A stretch of DNA of 64,000 nucleotides from the human T2T-CHM13v2.0 reference genome, Homo sapiens (GCF_009914755.1 NC_060932.1); one strand, 5' to 3'; shown: positions 1 through 14,075, counted from the first letter of the stretch. Numbers and translations are program-made. Notes: generated by a model from the letters alone, not told the origin.

Positions 1-1657
1 TCCTGGACTGAATGGGGCTCCTTATCAGAATCCTGGCCTTAAAGAATCTTGCTTTCTTCAGTTTCTGAGAAAGGAGAGGTCGGGAAAGTCTAGGTCCTGG
101 TACAAAAAGGTGCCTTTGGAGGAAATGCAAATCTCATACCAGCCATGCCAAGAATACTACTTGCTCACACATTTCAAACACGGTTTTTGGACCACCCAGA
201 GAAAGTATTGAAAAATTTTTATAAAGAGCATGAGAAGTCTCTCACATTCTCTCCTTTCTCAAAAGAGAATGATGCTAATCTCTAACGTGTAACTGCAAAC
301 GTCTTTGCGAGACTACATTAAAGAGATCAAATGTGAGCGTGAGCACGAAGACTAAAAGAGAGAGAACACATTGCTTTCCTCACAGCATTGAACAGTTCAC
401 ACACTGTCTTCTTTTCCCCTTTCAAGCTTTTAAAATCTCAACTTCTCTGTTCTATTTCTACCACTGCACATAGTAGCTGGTCCATGAAGCTCCCATTTGA
501 CGTCCTACATTTGTGCTATAGAAATGGCATGCATTTTTCAAAACAATAATGACTTTGTAAGAAACATTTAGTAATCAAAGGGAAAAGTCTTTATAGAAGA
601 TCCCTTATTTTAAGAATTACCCCTTTAGGGGTTTAACCAAATGTTAGAATATTCTATCTTGAATTCCTGCATATATATTCAGAAGGCAGTTGAAAGGTGT
701 TCTTCTAGGTTTGAAAACCAGCAAGTGAGAATGCTGGCAGAGACAAAGAGTAATTCTTAACTGATATTTATAGCCTTCACTTATAGAGATTTACAAAGAA
801 CTTTCAACTACACATTCATATTTGCTATCATAGTATCTCTGTGAGAAATAAGCTGTTATTATGACTTAATAAATAAGGACTCCAGTGGTACAGCGAGATA
901 GGTTTGTCCAAGTCCGTTAACTACTACAGGGTAAGCCACTGAACTGAACTCACTTCTGACTCAAAGTTCCTTCATGTATGCACTTAAATTTGATTAGCAT
1001 TTGTTATTTATTATTATTTACTGGATGCTCTAGGACTCAGTCCTGGAAATAAAAACAGCACATACTAGCTGGTGGTTTTGATTGCTCTCCAAGAACCAGA
1101 CATTCTGTTAAGTGTCTTGCACACGTTATCTCATTCTGGATTGAGTTATGAGACATGATTTTACCCATTTTTATTAATGAAGCAGCCATGGTGAGAATTT
1201 AAAACTGTGGACAAAGTAGCGTTTAAAACTGGCTAAGCCTGGATGTTAATTTGCTTCGGCCCAGTTTTGAAATGCATGCTTCTGCCACTGTGACATAGCC
1301 CCTGCCTGAAGAAGCCCTTCAGTGGGAGAGAGAGCTGCATAGATACAGAATTAGAGAATTGTGTGCTAGGGGCTATCAGAATGATGACCAATAGGCTTTG
1401 GAGTAAGTCTCTATCTATGCCCGGGATTTTGATCTGCATATATATTTTTTAAAAAATAGAACAAAGAACTTAGAACTTGAATCCAGACTCTCTGCTTCTC
1501 TCATGAGTCTTTAAAGAAAGGAGTCAAACATTCTTTGTGTTGTGGTTTCTTGCCCATAGACTACCCATGTGATTTTTAACATGGTGTCTGCTTTTAAAAG
1601 CTGTTTTCTTTCTAAGCATCTGAGCACAATGAATTGCTCATAAGAAAGGCTGGTTGA

Positions 1658-2061
<404 letters not shown>

Positions 2062-4554
2062 TTCCTCGTGACTTTATAATACTCACCTTGCCTTTTCCCT
2101 TCCTTTCTAAAGACAAAACATAAACTTTATTTCCTTGATCTGCTAAATAGTCCAGACAGCCTTTTTTCCACTTTCTGCCTGGCCTAATTTAAAGCAGATG
2201 AGGAGACATTTGCTCCAAGAGATGAACAGAAGCCCAAGAATCTCTTAGAGGAAAAACAGCAGGGACATAATACACTTTTTAGAAAGTTTGAGGACTTCAT
2301 TTATACAAATTTTAGTAGGAGTCAACAGAGTTTTGTGACTGCACACACTCCAAGTGAAGGGAGGGTTTCGGCAGCACTGAGAAGATGATGATGTCTGGAC
2401 AGAAGCTGTGATGTTGATAATGTCAGTCTTCTCCTACTTGGAATATTACATTTTGTTTTAAATTCTTTTTTTTTCCTATTTTTAAGCATATTCATTGAAT
2501 AATATTTCAATTAAGGTTAATTTTCAGAGAATGGAATTGTCTCCTGCTAGTTGAAGGGACTTATTAGAGTACTAAGCAGATCACTGAATTGTTGGAATGG
2601 CTGAAGAAACAGACTACTAAAGCGAGCTTCCAGGAAGGGGCCCCAAAGCTCAGTGCAAAACTAGCTCGCCAGGTGCTGCTGCTCCTTGGGGATGAGGAGG
2701 CTTTAGTATCAGAACATTGCCTGCCAATCGGGGAAGCCACCTGCAAACCACCAGTTCCACAATCAGGCCACAATCAGCATCAAATAAATAGATGCCTTTC
2801 ACCTTATCCTAGTTCTGAATTCAAAGAAATGCGTAATTGGAATGCTCTAAATCACATCTAGAAACCTAGTAGCAAGTACAGTTGAGAAAACCTAGCAAAT
2901 AACTTAAGTTTCTGACCCCTGTGAGACAAGAATACATACAGGGAGTTTGGAATGAACATCAATGAATTCAGTCTATAGTATTCACAATAAACAACTTTTG
3001 TTTTTTCCTCTGATAGCATCCAAAACTTTTTTTAAAAAGCTGAGAACACATTATTTACTTTTTTCTCTATTTACCCATTAAAATTTTACTATGCAACACC
3101 TAAAACATATAATAATGTATAAATAATAAAGAAACAAAGCTCATCTATCTAACAAGGGACTTATTCACACTAATCTTGAAAAGGGTCAACAGCATTCTGT
3201 GCTGCACATACATTCACCCCAAGTGTGAAAAAGTAATAGCCACAGTGAGATACTAGAGAAGTTCTACGAAAGAAAATGCAAAGGCTGCCCCCTCCTCCAC
3301 TCTCCCCGTATGGATCTGAGGGCAGCACATTCCAGGCTTTTCTCAGACACCTGTTGAGAAGGAAAAGGCAGGCTGGTGTTTGGAAACAGATGTTCTCCAG
3401 CATTCAGAGCTCCCACCTCAGGTTCAGCAGGCTCCAAGATGGTCATTATGCAAGATTTTTCATTATAATTTAGAAAGTAGAAAATCATAGAACTTCTTTC
3501 ATATTTCACATGTTTTTATTTTTCAGAAATGTACCAGCAGCATCTAGTCCTTCAACTGGCTTTTCCCTCCTGTTGATGAGATGGTGAGCTTCTTACCAAT
3601 ACACACGTTTCCCCGTGTCTAACGTGCTAAGTGGGCTCACACAAATGTCAGGTCTGGACTTTTCTGGGCATCTCCATGATATCCTCATTCAGAGATTGAG
3701 ACAATTCAGAGGTACAGAAAAGTATTGAAGAAAGTAATTGTTCTAGAGGAGTATTTAGAAAAGGCCACCACAAGCTAAGATGATTGTGAACTTGGTGTTG
3801 AGGCACCAGCTAGACTAGTAGATGTGCAGGTTATGAAAAAAGAAAATCAACTCGTGTACAGCTTGGTTACATCTTTCTCTATGGTCCTTCTTGTTAGGGG
3901 GGAAACCTTTGTTCCAGCTTATGATTCCATGTAGAGGGCCTACTTAGTAAAACATCCCCTCTTCCCATGCCCCACTCACCCCTCCTAGAGTGAGTGCAAA
4001 ATGGTGATTCCAGTGACTAAGGTAAGGAAAACCTCTACCCTTAGCCCAGGATTCAAGGTTCAAGAGAAAGACGCACACCATGGTTAAGCAGGTACTCAGG
4101 GCTCATTCAGCATACAATTGATTTGGAGTTTAATGCAATAGGAATATTTCAAGACTCCCTGGCTGATAGCCCAAAGTGTTTAATGTACCCTGAGCCTTGA
4201 TTCCTGACAAGGAAAAACTGGCTTAGAATCAGGGTTGGTGTACCCGCTACAAGGCTAGACAGGGCAGGAGAGACAAAGGGAGTGTGAGCCAGACCCAGTG
4301 TTTGAACATCAGATATTGGACTGTTGTGCGTCACTTATTCTCACTCTTATGCCAGAGTGGCAGTGGGATTTGCATTGTCTGGGAGTAAGGAGGATCCTTT
4401 GCTAGTTCAGAACCTGAGCTTTTTTTACCTTGTGGCTTTGGACAAGTCACTACACATCCCTAAGCTTCATCTTTTCCAGAAGAAATGATCAGCACAGGCA
4501 GGCCGTGTATATGCAGGACCTTCCTTACCATTGAAAGGTCCTTGGAAATAATTA

Positions 4555-4990
4555 GAATTCTTTGTATTGGAAGTAGAAAAAAAGAAGTCTGATGTGACAT
4601 AAGCAAGAAGGTGTGTTGGCTCATGGAACTGGAAAACCCAAGTGATGAATTTGACTGCAGAGACCATTTGAGTGTTAATCTGAGGCAGCTTTTGGATCTG
4701 CTTCCTCTGATTGGCTTCATTCTCAGGCTCTGCCTCATAGTCCCTAGCATGGTAGACTCTGCATTGTCAAGTAGAAGTTGTACAGGTTAGACTATGTTGC
4801 CATTGTCATCACATCCTGTCTGATGGATGAGATTGAATCAAGGCTCACTCCTGAAGCAATCGCCAGTGTAATGTGCTGCGCTTACTCATATATTCTACCA
4901 TTAGGACTAGAGCCACTCCACAAATAAAAATTAGAGCTGTTGCCTGAAGGAGACAACTGTGTAGGAGAAGAAAGAGAAGAAGGAGAAAGA
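4555..4990 (-). mobile_element. Degraded MaLR LTR (MLT1J/K-like)
   Basis: Motifs ttggctcatggaactggaaaa and ttggcttcattctcaggc are typical of old MLT1 LTRs; boundaries approximate. Confidence 0.45.
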
Positions 4991-5000
4991 CTGTGTAGAG

Positions 5001-5350
5001 TAGCACTCTCCAAAGGAGAGTAAGGTGAGCCACATACGTAATTTTAAACTTTCTGATAGACACATTTTTAAAAGTAAAAATGAACAAGTAAAATTAATTT
5101 CAACAATATATTCTATTTAACTTTTCCTTTTCATTTCCACAGATATTATGGTGGATTATGTTTAACTTAATATGTCTAAAATGTGATTTTTAACATGTGA
5201 TCAATATAAACATTATTCGCAGGATAGTACATTTTTTCACACTATGTCTCTGAAATTCAGTGTGTGTTTTACACTTACAGAATATCTCAATTTCAACATA
5301 TTTTAAGGGTTCCATAAACACATGTTGCTACCATATTAGGTAGTACCAGA
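5001..5350 (+). mobile_element. MER33 (hAT-Charlie non-autonomous DNA transposon)
   Basis: Matches recalled MER33 consensus (gagccacatacgtaattttaaa...tgaaattcagtgtgtgttttacacttacag...gctaccatattagg). Confidence 0.8.
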
Positions 5351-7534
5351 TTAGGACAAAAAATAACCACTGCTCTATTTCTTCATACCTACTACCACAT
5401 TGGATGCTTACAACCGAGTAGTTAGGGTGAACCAGTGTTTCACAAGTTGAATGACTAGCTTAAGAAACAGAGGGATCAAAACTCAACACTAGATATCTTG
5501 AATTCAAATATAAGTTTTAAGGCCAATGAGGTATACGCTATATGTTCTACAAAAAGAGGTTGGAGTAGACTTTTTAGATTTTTATTGAAGTAACAGAAGC
5601 TCCTTGCATCAGGCCAAGTAGCCAGCTTGTAACCCAAACCCTGCTCATTCCACCCAACTTATACCAGAAGATCTCTCATTAGTTCCTGTAGGAGCCAGTC
5701 TCAGGGCCCCTTGGCTACCCCGTCCTGAATTTGTACTCCAGCTTTAATAAGTGAACTCTCTATGGCAGAGACTCTACCTCAACCCCAGTTAGGGTCTTTA
5801 CAGTCTCTTGTTTTTTGTGCAAATCTCTGTCTGGGTAATTGGTAATCTGTCTAATAAACATCTCCTTCTAGAACTCATTCTTCAATTTCTTCTCTTGCTT
5901 ACCCTTTTTCTCGCCCCTGGAATTCTGTTTTTGTAACATGGGCCCTCCCACTTACAAGGAGACTGTACAGATTTTTTCTGCCTTAAGGGAACAATCTCAC
6001 CCTTCATGGATCTCCCATCAAAAGAATTCTACATTCCTATTATCGGTTAGGTAATGGGTTACTTGTGTGGGATTTTCTTGCTAAACATGACCAGAGATTG
6101 TGCCTACTCCTCTGGTCATGACTGGGCACCTCAACTGATATTGCCCTTCACCCACCCTGGCAATGAATGGGGGTAATTTCTGTCCCATTAATCACAAATA
6201 TATATGATACTAAATGTATTACTATCAGCCATATTCTTTAGAGATGATATTCTGAATTTAAGGGACTCTTGGATTTTAGAAACTCTGGATTTAGGAAAAG
6301 AAATGAGTGTACGAGGATGACCATTTATTAGCACTTACTATTTGTCAAGATAAATACTCTACATTTATGATTTAATGCAATAGTCGCTAAGCTCCTGAAA
6401 TTGCAATAATTATCCATATTTTAAAGATGAAGAAACCGTGTATCCAAAAGTTCAATAAAATTGCCAGAAATCTCAGTCTAATAAGTAATAGATGGGAGAT
6501 CAAAACCCAGGCCGGTGCAGACTGCCCCCTTCTCCCTCCCTCTGTTTGCTCTGTGTTTGCCTCTTGACCACACAGTCCCTTTAAAAGAGCCAATTAAAAC
6601 AAAACAAAGTAACACTGAGGACTAAGAATCCAAGGCATTTGTGCTGCCCAAGTTCCATCGTTCAATATTCTTTTGGGATGGAGAAGAAATAAAACCAAAT
6701 AAAGAATTATGTGCCTTTCAAAAAATTCAATTGGCAAACTTTGAGTTTCATCTAAACAATTCATTTGGTGTTTATTGAGAATTATACTTCTCCTATCTAT
6801 TTAATCATTCATGACCACAATGCTATAATACTTGATGGCCCCAAGCAGGATTCCTCTCCTTGGTTTTTATACTTCACATGAAATTCAAGCTCCCTTTTCA
6901 CGTAGCAAAATAACAGAGAGTATCTGAACAAAAGTGCTGTAGGAACCAGGAATCCAAAGTTTTTTTCACTTTGAGACTCATTGTGTTCCTGCACAGACTC
7001 ACACACAATAGAATTCCAGATACTTTTAATAAATAGAATACTCCATTCTTTTGAAGAGCAATGATGTCTGTCTTGTGATCACCTCATCCTGCTATGGCAT
7101 TCAACAAAACCAAATCATCTTCGTGAGGAAAGAGTTGGCTTCTAATCTCCAGCATCATTATGATTCATGAATATGAGGGACACTATAAAGTCATCTGTAA
7201 ATGTTTCTAGCACATGGCATGTACTGGATAAATGTTAGGCTGCCTCCTTCCTATTAACACTCTTAAGGCCACATACAATTGTCCATTTAGGTAGAAAATG
7301 ACCTCCAAGTTTTGCTCACACATTCTCTAATGTCTATATTAATTACAACATCTTGAAGATATTTGTTTCTGTTTCTAAAGTGCATTAACATTCAGCATCC
7401 CATTCTGACAAACATCCCTGAGAGTCAGGCAGTACCGAAATAACATCTATCTTTACACAAAAAGACAAAGGTGAAGAGAGGCCAACAGATTTGTCAAAAG
7501 TAGATTTGTTCATCTGAATACAGAAGCTCAGTGA

Positions 7535-7968
7535 ATTGGCTCACTTAATGCCCATCCCATGGCTCACCTGGTTTACAAAGGAAAGAAAGCTAAAAACTAC
7601 ATTTCCCGGAGGTGCTGGTTAGAGACATTAACACTTACGGGAAGTTTTGTTTGGAATTTACCCCTGGGGAGAGTGGTAGGGTATAAAAGGCACCCATTCG
7701 ACCTGCGAGGATTGTAACAAAAGCAGCATAATCCTGAATCTTGCTAATAGGGTTGGGCTTTTTAATTCACAGTTTCCTGACCTTGGTAAAAGCAGAAACT
7801 CCCTGGATAGTTCATTCTGCCTTGTGACTTTGGAAGTCATTCCAGGAAGCTCAGAGCCTGCTGTGCAGCCCTGTCAGTGTTTAGAGGTATCCTTGCATTT
7901 AATACAATTTCTTTCTGCTTAATCATCTGAAGGGAGTTCTGCTAGTTGCAACTGAGAACACTGACTGG
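7535..7968 (+). mobile_element. Degraded ERVL-type LTR (LTR33-like)
   Basis: aaagctaaaaactacatttccc near the start and tttctgcttaa...gttgcaactgagaacactgactg at the end resemble the LTR33 family; boundaries approximate. Confidence 0.45.
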
Positions 7969-8346
7969 AGCTTATGGTTAAACCAATGATCAAAATCAGA
8001 TTTTATTGACTCCATGAAAAAATAAAATATTTTATATAATGGCAAAACTTAAAGAGGTAGGATAGTATAAATGGAAGGAAAAAAATAGGCCTTCGAGTTA
8101 CTTATACCTGGACTCAAACCTCAACTCTGCTACTTGTGGACATGGATAAGGGTTACCAACATGGCCAGTAAGTGAAAGTTTACTGGAAGTTTTTGTGAAA
8201 AATGAGTCATGAGGTTGATGCCAGGCAAGTTTTCAGGTCAAAGAGAAGATGTGGTTATTGACATCAGGTAAGTGCAGGGTCTTAGTAGAAATAAAACTAC
8301 ACAAGTAACTTTCCATATGTCCTAGAAAATGCTTGTATAAAAATCA

Positions 8347-8667
<321 letters not shown>

Positions 8668-8689
8668 GTAGGAAAAGCTATGATGTTAA

Positions 8690-9248
8690 TGTAATGCCCA
8701 CCCTTGTTTTTACTAACCCTGTTTTTAGACTCTCCCTTTTCCTTTAATCACCTAGCCTTGTTTCCACCTGAACTGACTCTCCCTTGGCTAAGAGAGCCAG
8801 ACAGACTCCATCTTGCCTCTTTCACTGGCAGCCCCTTCCTCAAGGACTTAATTTGTGCAAGCTGACTCCCAGCACATCCAAGAATGCAGTTAACTGATGA
8901 GATACTGTGGCCAGCAATATCCGTAATTCCCAGGAATTCGTCCAATTGATAACACCCAAAGCCCCGCGTCTATCACCTTGTAATAGTCTTAAAGCCCCTG
9001 CACCTGGAACTGTTTACTTTCCTGTAACCGTTTATCCTTTTAACTTTTTTGCCTACTTTATTTCTGTAAAATTGTTTTAACTAGACCCCCCTTCCCTTCT
9101 CTAAACTAAAGTATAAAAGAAAATCTAGCCCCTTCTTCGGGGCCGAGAGAACTTTGAGCGTTAGCCGTCTCTTGGCCGCCGGCTAAATAAACGGACTCTT
9201 AATTCGTCTCAAAGTGTGGCATTTTCTCTAACTCGCTCAGGTACAACA
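8690..9248 (+). mobile_element. Solo LTR6A/LTR6B (HERV-S71/HERV-T group, ERV1)
   Basis: TG...CA termini (tgtaatgccc...gtacaaca), 559 bp, TATAAAA at ~9112, AATAAA at 9186-9191, imperfect 4-bp TSD ttaa/ttat; matches recalled LTR6 consensus. Confidence 0.85.
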
Positions 9249-9830
9249 TTATGAATATCACAGAAAAAAATAGGACTTCTGGGGCCTGAAAATATGACTG
9301 AGAGGCACTGTACCTTGTCTTCATGCAAGTTGCCGACTTGTTGGAATTCAGTCCAATTTTCAGGAGAGGGACTGTTGCTCTTATAAACAGAGGTAGTAAA
9401 GTGCAGCAGGGAGCAGTTCCAGGCGCAGCTGCAGAGAAAAAAGTTCAAAGAGAACTCGGTAGCCTCTTGGAGGTTTCTATGCTGTTTATCTTTTTTCAAG
9501 CAAAGGGAAGTAAAAAGCAATAGGAGAACTTTCTTTAGGCCACTGTTTCCATGAGATCGCATTCCTCCACACGAGGGCTCTTCAAAAAATTGAAGATGGT
9601 CTATTTTACAATTAAAAATTAACTTATTAGGTTAAGTGTTTATAATTCCTTTAAGAATTTCCTTGGAGTAAGCAGATTGAGAAACTTCCCCACTTTTCAA
9701 CTCAGGTGTTTTCCACTCATAATTTTCTTTCAAAATGGATTCCGTGAATTTTCTTAGGCCAAATTGTCACCTCCTTTTTAATGATACCAGGCAGAAAGAA
9801 TTGTAGCCCTGTTTCAAGAAATGTACTCTC

Positions 9831-9908
9831 GAGCTTGCAGTGAGCCGAGATCGCGCCACTGCACTCCAGCCTGGGCGACAAAGCGAGACTCCATCTCAAA
9901 AAAAAAAA
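9831..9908 (+). mobile_element. Severely 5'-truncated AluY (3' ~67 bp plus poly(A))
   Basis: gagcttgcagtgagccgagatcgcgccactgc (AluY-type gagctt) plus poly(A); perfect 15-bp TSD aagaaatgtactctc at 9816-9830 and 9909-9923. Confidence 0.92.
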
Positions 9909-10210
9909 AAGAAATGTACTCTCAAGCAAGGCCTGCCTGGTTTTATTCTTCACACTCCTTCCCCAGGGCTTCCAGGATTCTGAAAATTTTTCCGTCTTCA
10001 GTTCCAAGGGCATATTTATCTCTCAAGACAAGTAACCATTTGGCTCATCTGAGTTCTGAAACTTAGTCCCCATTTGCATGATAACATTTTTTGCAGGGCT
10101 GTTGGAGGAGAAAGTGGGATAATACATCGGCAGTAGTTAAAGCCCACTTAATATGTGAGATAATTCTGGCTCTTCACTGAAAACCATTTCCTCTTATAGT
10201 TAGGTATCAC

Positions 10211-11952
10211 TGAGAGGTGACAGCGTGCTGGCAGTCCTCAAAGCCGTCGGTCGCTCTCGGCGCCTCCTCTGCCTGGGCTTCCACTTTGGCGGCACTTGAG
10301 GAGCCCTTCAGCCCACCGCTGCACTGTAGAAGCCCCTTTCTGGGCTGGCCAAGGCCGGAGCCCGCTCCCTCAGCTTGCAGGGAGGTGTGGATGGAGAGGC
10401 GCGAGCGGGAACCGGGGCTGCGCGCGGCGCTTACGAGCCAGCTGGAGTTCCGGGTGGGCGTGGGCTTGGCGGGCCCCGCACTTGGAGCAGCCGGCCGGCC
10501 CTGCCGGCCCCGGGCAATGAGGGGCTTAGCACCCGGGCCAGCGGCTACCGAGGGTGTACTGGGTCCCCCAGCAGTGCCAGCCCACCGGCGCTGCGCTCGA
10601 TTTCTCGTAGGGCCTTAGCTGCCTTCCCGCGGGGCAGGGCTCGGGACCTGCAGCCCGCCATGCCTGAGCCTCCCACCCGCTCCGTGGGCTCCTGTGCCGC
10701 CGGAGCCTGCCTGACGAGCGCCGCCCCCTGCTCCATGGCGCCAAGTCCCATCAACCACCCAAGGGCTGAGGAGTGCAGGCGCACGGCGCGGGACTGGCAG
10801 GCAGCTCCATCTGCAGCCCCGGTGGGTGCGGGATCCACTGGGTGAAGCCAGCTGGGCTCCTGAGCCTGGTGGGGAGGTGGAGAACCTTTATGTCTAGCTC
10901 AGGGATTGTAAATACACCAATCGGCACTCTGTATCTAGCTCAAGGTTTGTAAACACACCAATCAGCACCCTGTGTCTAGCTCAGGGTTTGTGAATGCACC
11001 AATCAACACTGTATCTAGCTACTCTGGTGGGGCCTTGGAGAACCTTTGTGTGGACACTCTGTATCTAGCTAATCTGGTGGGGAAGTGGAAAACCTTTGTG
11101 TCTAGCTCAGGGATTGTAAATGCACCAATCAGCACCCTGTGTCTAGCTCAGGGTTTGTGAATGCACCAATCAACACTCTGTATCTAGCTACTCTGGTGGG
11201 GTCTTGGAGAACCTTTGTGTGGACACTCTGTATCTAGCTAATCTGGTGGGGAAATGGAGAACCTTTGTGTCTAGCTCAGGGATTGTAAACGCACCAATCA
11301 GCACCCTGTCAAAACAGGCCACTCGCCTCTACCAATCAGCAGGATGTGGGTGGGGCCAGATAAGAGAATAAAAACAGGTTGCCTGAGCCAGCAGTGGCAA
11401 CCCGGTGGGGTCCCCTTCCACAGTGTGGTTGCTTTGTTCTTTCGCTCTTTGCAATAAATCTTGCTACTGCTCACTCTTTGGGTCCACACTGCCCTCAAAC
11501 TAGAGTTATGAGCTGTAACACTCACCATGAAGGTCTGCAGCTTCACTCCTGAAGCCAGCAAGACCACGAGCCCACTGGGAGGAACGAACAACTCCAGATG
11601 TGCTGCCTTAAGAGCTGTAACACTCACGGGGAAGGTCTACAGCTTCACTCCTGAGCCAGGGAGACCACGAACCCACCAGAAGGAAGAAACTCCGAACACA
11701 TCCGAACATCAGAAGGAACAACTCCAGACGCGCCACCTTAAGAGCTATAACACTCACTGCGAAGGTCTGCAGCTTCACTCCTGAGCCAGCGAGACCACGA
11801 ACCCACCAGAAGGAAGAAACTCTGAACACATCTGAGCATCAAAAGGAACAAGCTCCAGATGCGCCACCTTAAGAGCTGTAACACTTACCGCAAGGGTCCA
11901 CAGCTTCATTCTTGAAGTCAGTGAGACCTAGATCCCACCAATTCCAGACACA
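10211..11952 (+). mobile_element. Solo LTR12C (HERV9/ERV9 LTR), full length
   Basis: Starts tgagaggtgacagcgtgctggcagtcc and ends cccaccaattccagacaca; perfect 4-bp TSD tcac (10207-10210, 11953-11956); CpG-rich 5' part, tandem CCAAT enhancer repeats, U5 tandem repeats. Confidence 0.95.
10880..11460 (+). promoter_or_regulatory. LTR12C U3 enhancer/promoter: 7 CCAAT (NF-Y) boxes, GATA site, AATAAAA TATA-equivalent, poly(A) signal
   Basis: CCAAT at 10917, 10958, 10999, 11125, 11166, 11294, 11332; AGATAA 11358-11363; AATAAAAA 11367-11374; AATAAA 11453-11458. This is the established ERV9 LTR promoter layout; activity of this copy is not shown. Confidence 0.7.
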
Positions 11953-12041
11953 TCACCATGACTCTGACTTCTAGCTGCTGAAGTTTTGGCAGATGTGGCG
12001 TGTACTACTTCCCAGCCTTCCTAGTACATAAAAATATTCTA

Positions 12042-12368
<327 letters not shown>

Positions 12369-12571
12369 TCACCTTCCTGGCTATGTAGCCTAGCCATAGA
12401 AGTCAAGCATTAAAGATAGAAAAGATGCTATTATCCTAGATTCCTGAATGACTTACGGAGGAGGGCCATACGTGCCAAGAGAAACCTTTGTCCAGGACTG
12501 TGACATGAGGAATAAGATTATGATAAACAAGTAAAACATTGGATTTTATTTGGCTGGACTTCTTTGCCTTA

Positions 12572-13146
<575 letters not shown>

Positions 13147-14075
13147 TTATCTGATAACACATAGGGACAGCATTATTCTTTTGATATTATTCATCTCCTC
13201 TTCATGCCTTAAAAAGCTCATTGGCCCATAATGATAATGATGGTATTCCCTCTCCCTTGGGTGTGCCGTTCCATCATGTATTCTCAATATTGACAATATC
13301 ATTCTTAAGGGAATGGAAATTGGTTATAGGTGAAGGGGGAGAAAACCGTGTTCTTCTGTGTATAAAGCACAAATAATCATATTGTACTAAACAGATATAT
13401 CATGATATATCTGGGGGATTTAAATTTTATGGGAGTAGTAAGAAAAACAGTGTCTAAAATGTCTTGTTAGAAACGCCATGATAAAGCAGCAAGGTTGAGA
13501 AGCACTGCCTTCAATGCAGCATTCTATGGTTCAATGGTAAACATCTGTTCCCATTATAGCTATGAAGTATTTCTGAAATGGCTTCTTCACTTACTTTAGA
13601 ACAATGCATTTGCTAAGAAAACAATATGCTGTGTAGGTGTTTATTATGACAAAGATGAAATGTATTGAACAAATCATAGCCAAGAGACTCACCAGTAATT
13701 TTCAGTCCATTCAGCAGTTCCCTCTGAGAAATCCTTTTCTGGAGTCTTTATAAATGACCAACCCTAAAAGGAGTCGAGTCAAGGCAAAAAATTATGTAAA
13801 GAAAGTCTCAGTGGCCCATAAATAAAAGCCTTGGTGAAAAAAGACTTCTGCATTTGAGAGTATATTCTTTCTTTGAAAAGTTAAGAAAGACAGTGATGAA
13901 CTGAACTCTAGACCTAAAATAAGAGTTTATATTTGGGAATTCCATTCAATTAATTCAGTGGAAAATATCCCCTAGTCATTATCCACTGAATGCACTCCAT
14001 ATGTCTCTATCGCTGGTTACCTGATTATAAGAGCTATATATATTCATTGTACAAATGTTAGCACTTTCACAAAAA

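Noticed and set aside
10217-10845. Overlapping 72-156 aa ORFs and a CpG-island-like stretch
   Set aside because: Entirely within the GC-rich U3 of LTR12C; stop-poor by composition, not a host gene or host promoter.
10880-11900. Recurrent ~40-bp and ~120-bp repeats that superficially resemble a repeat-spacer array
   Set aside because: These are the known LTR12 U3 and U5 tandem repeats; the intervening sequences are themselves repeated, not unique spacers.
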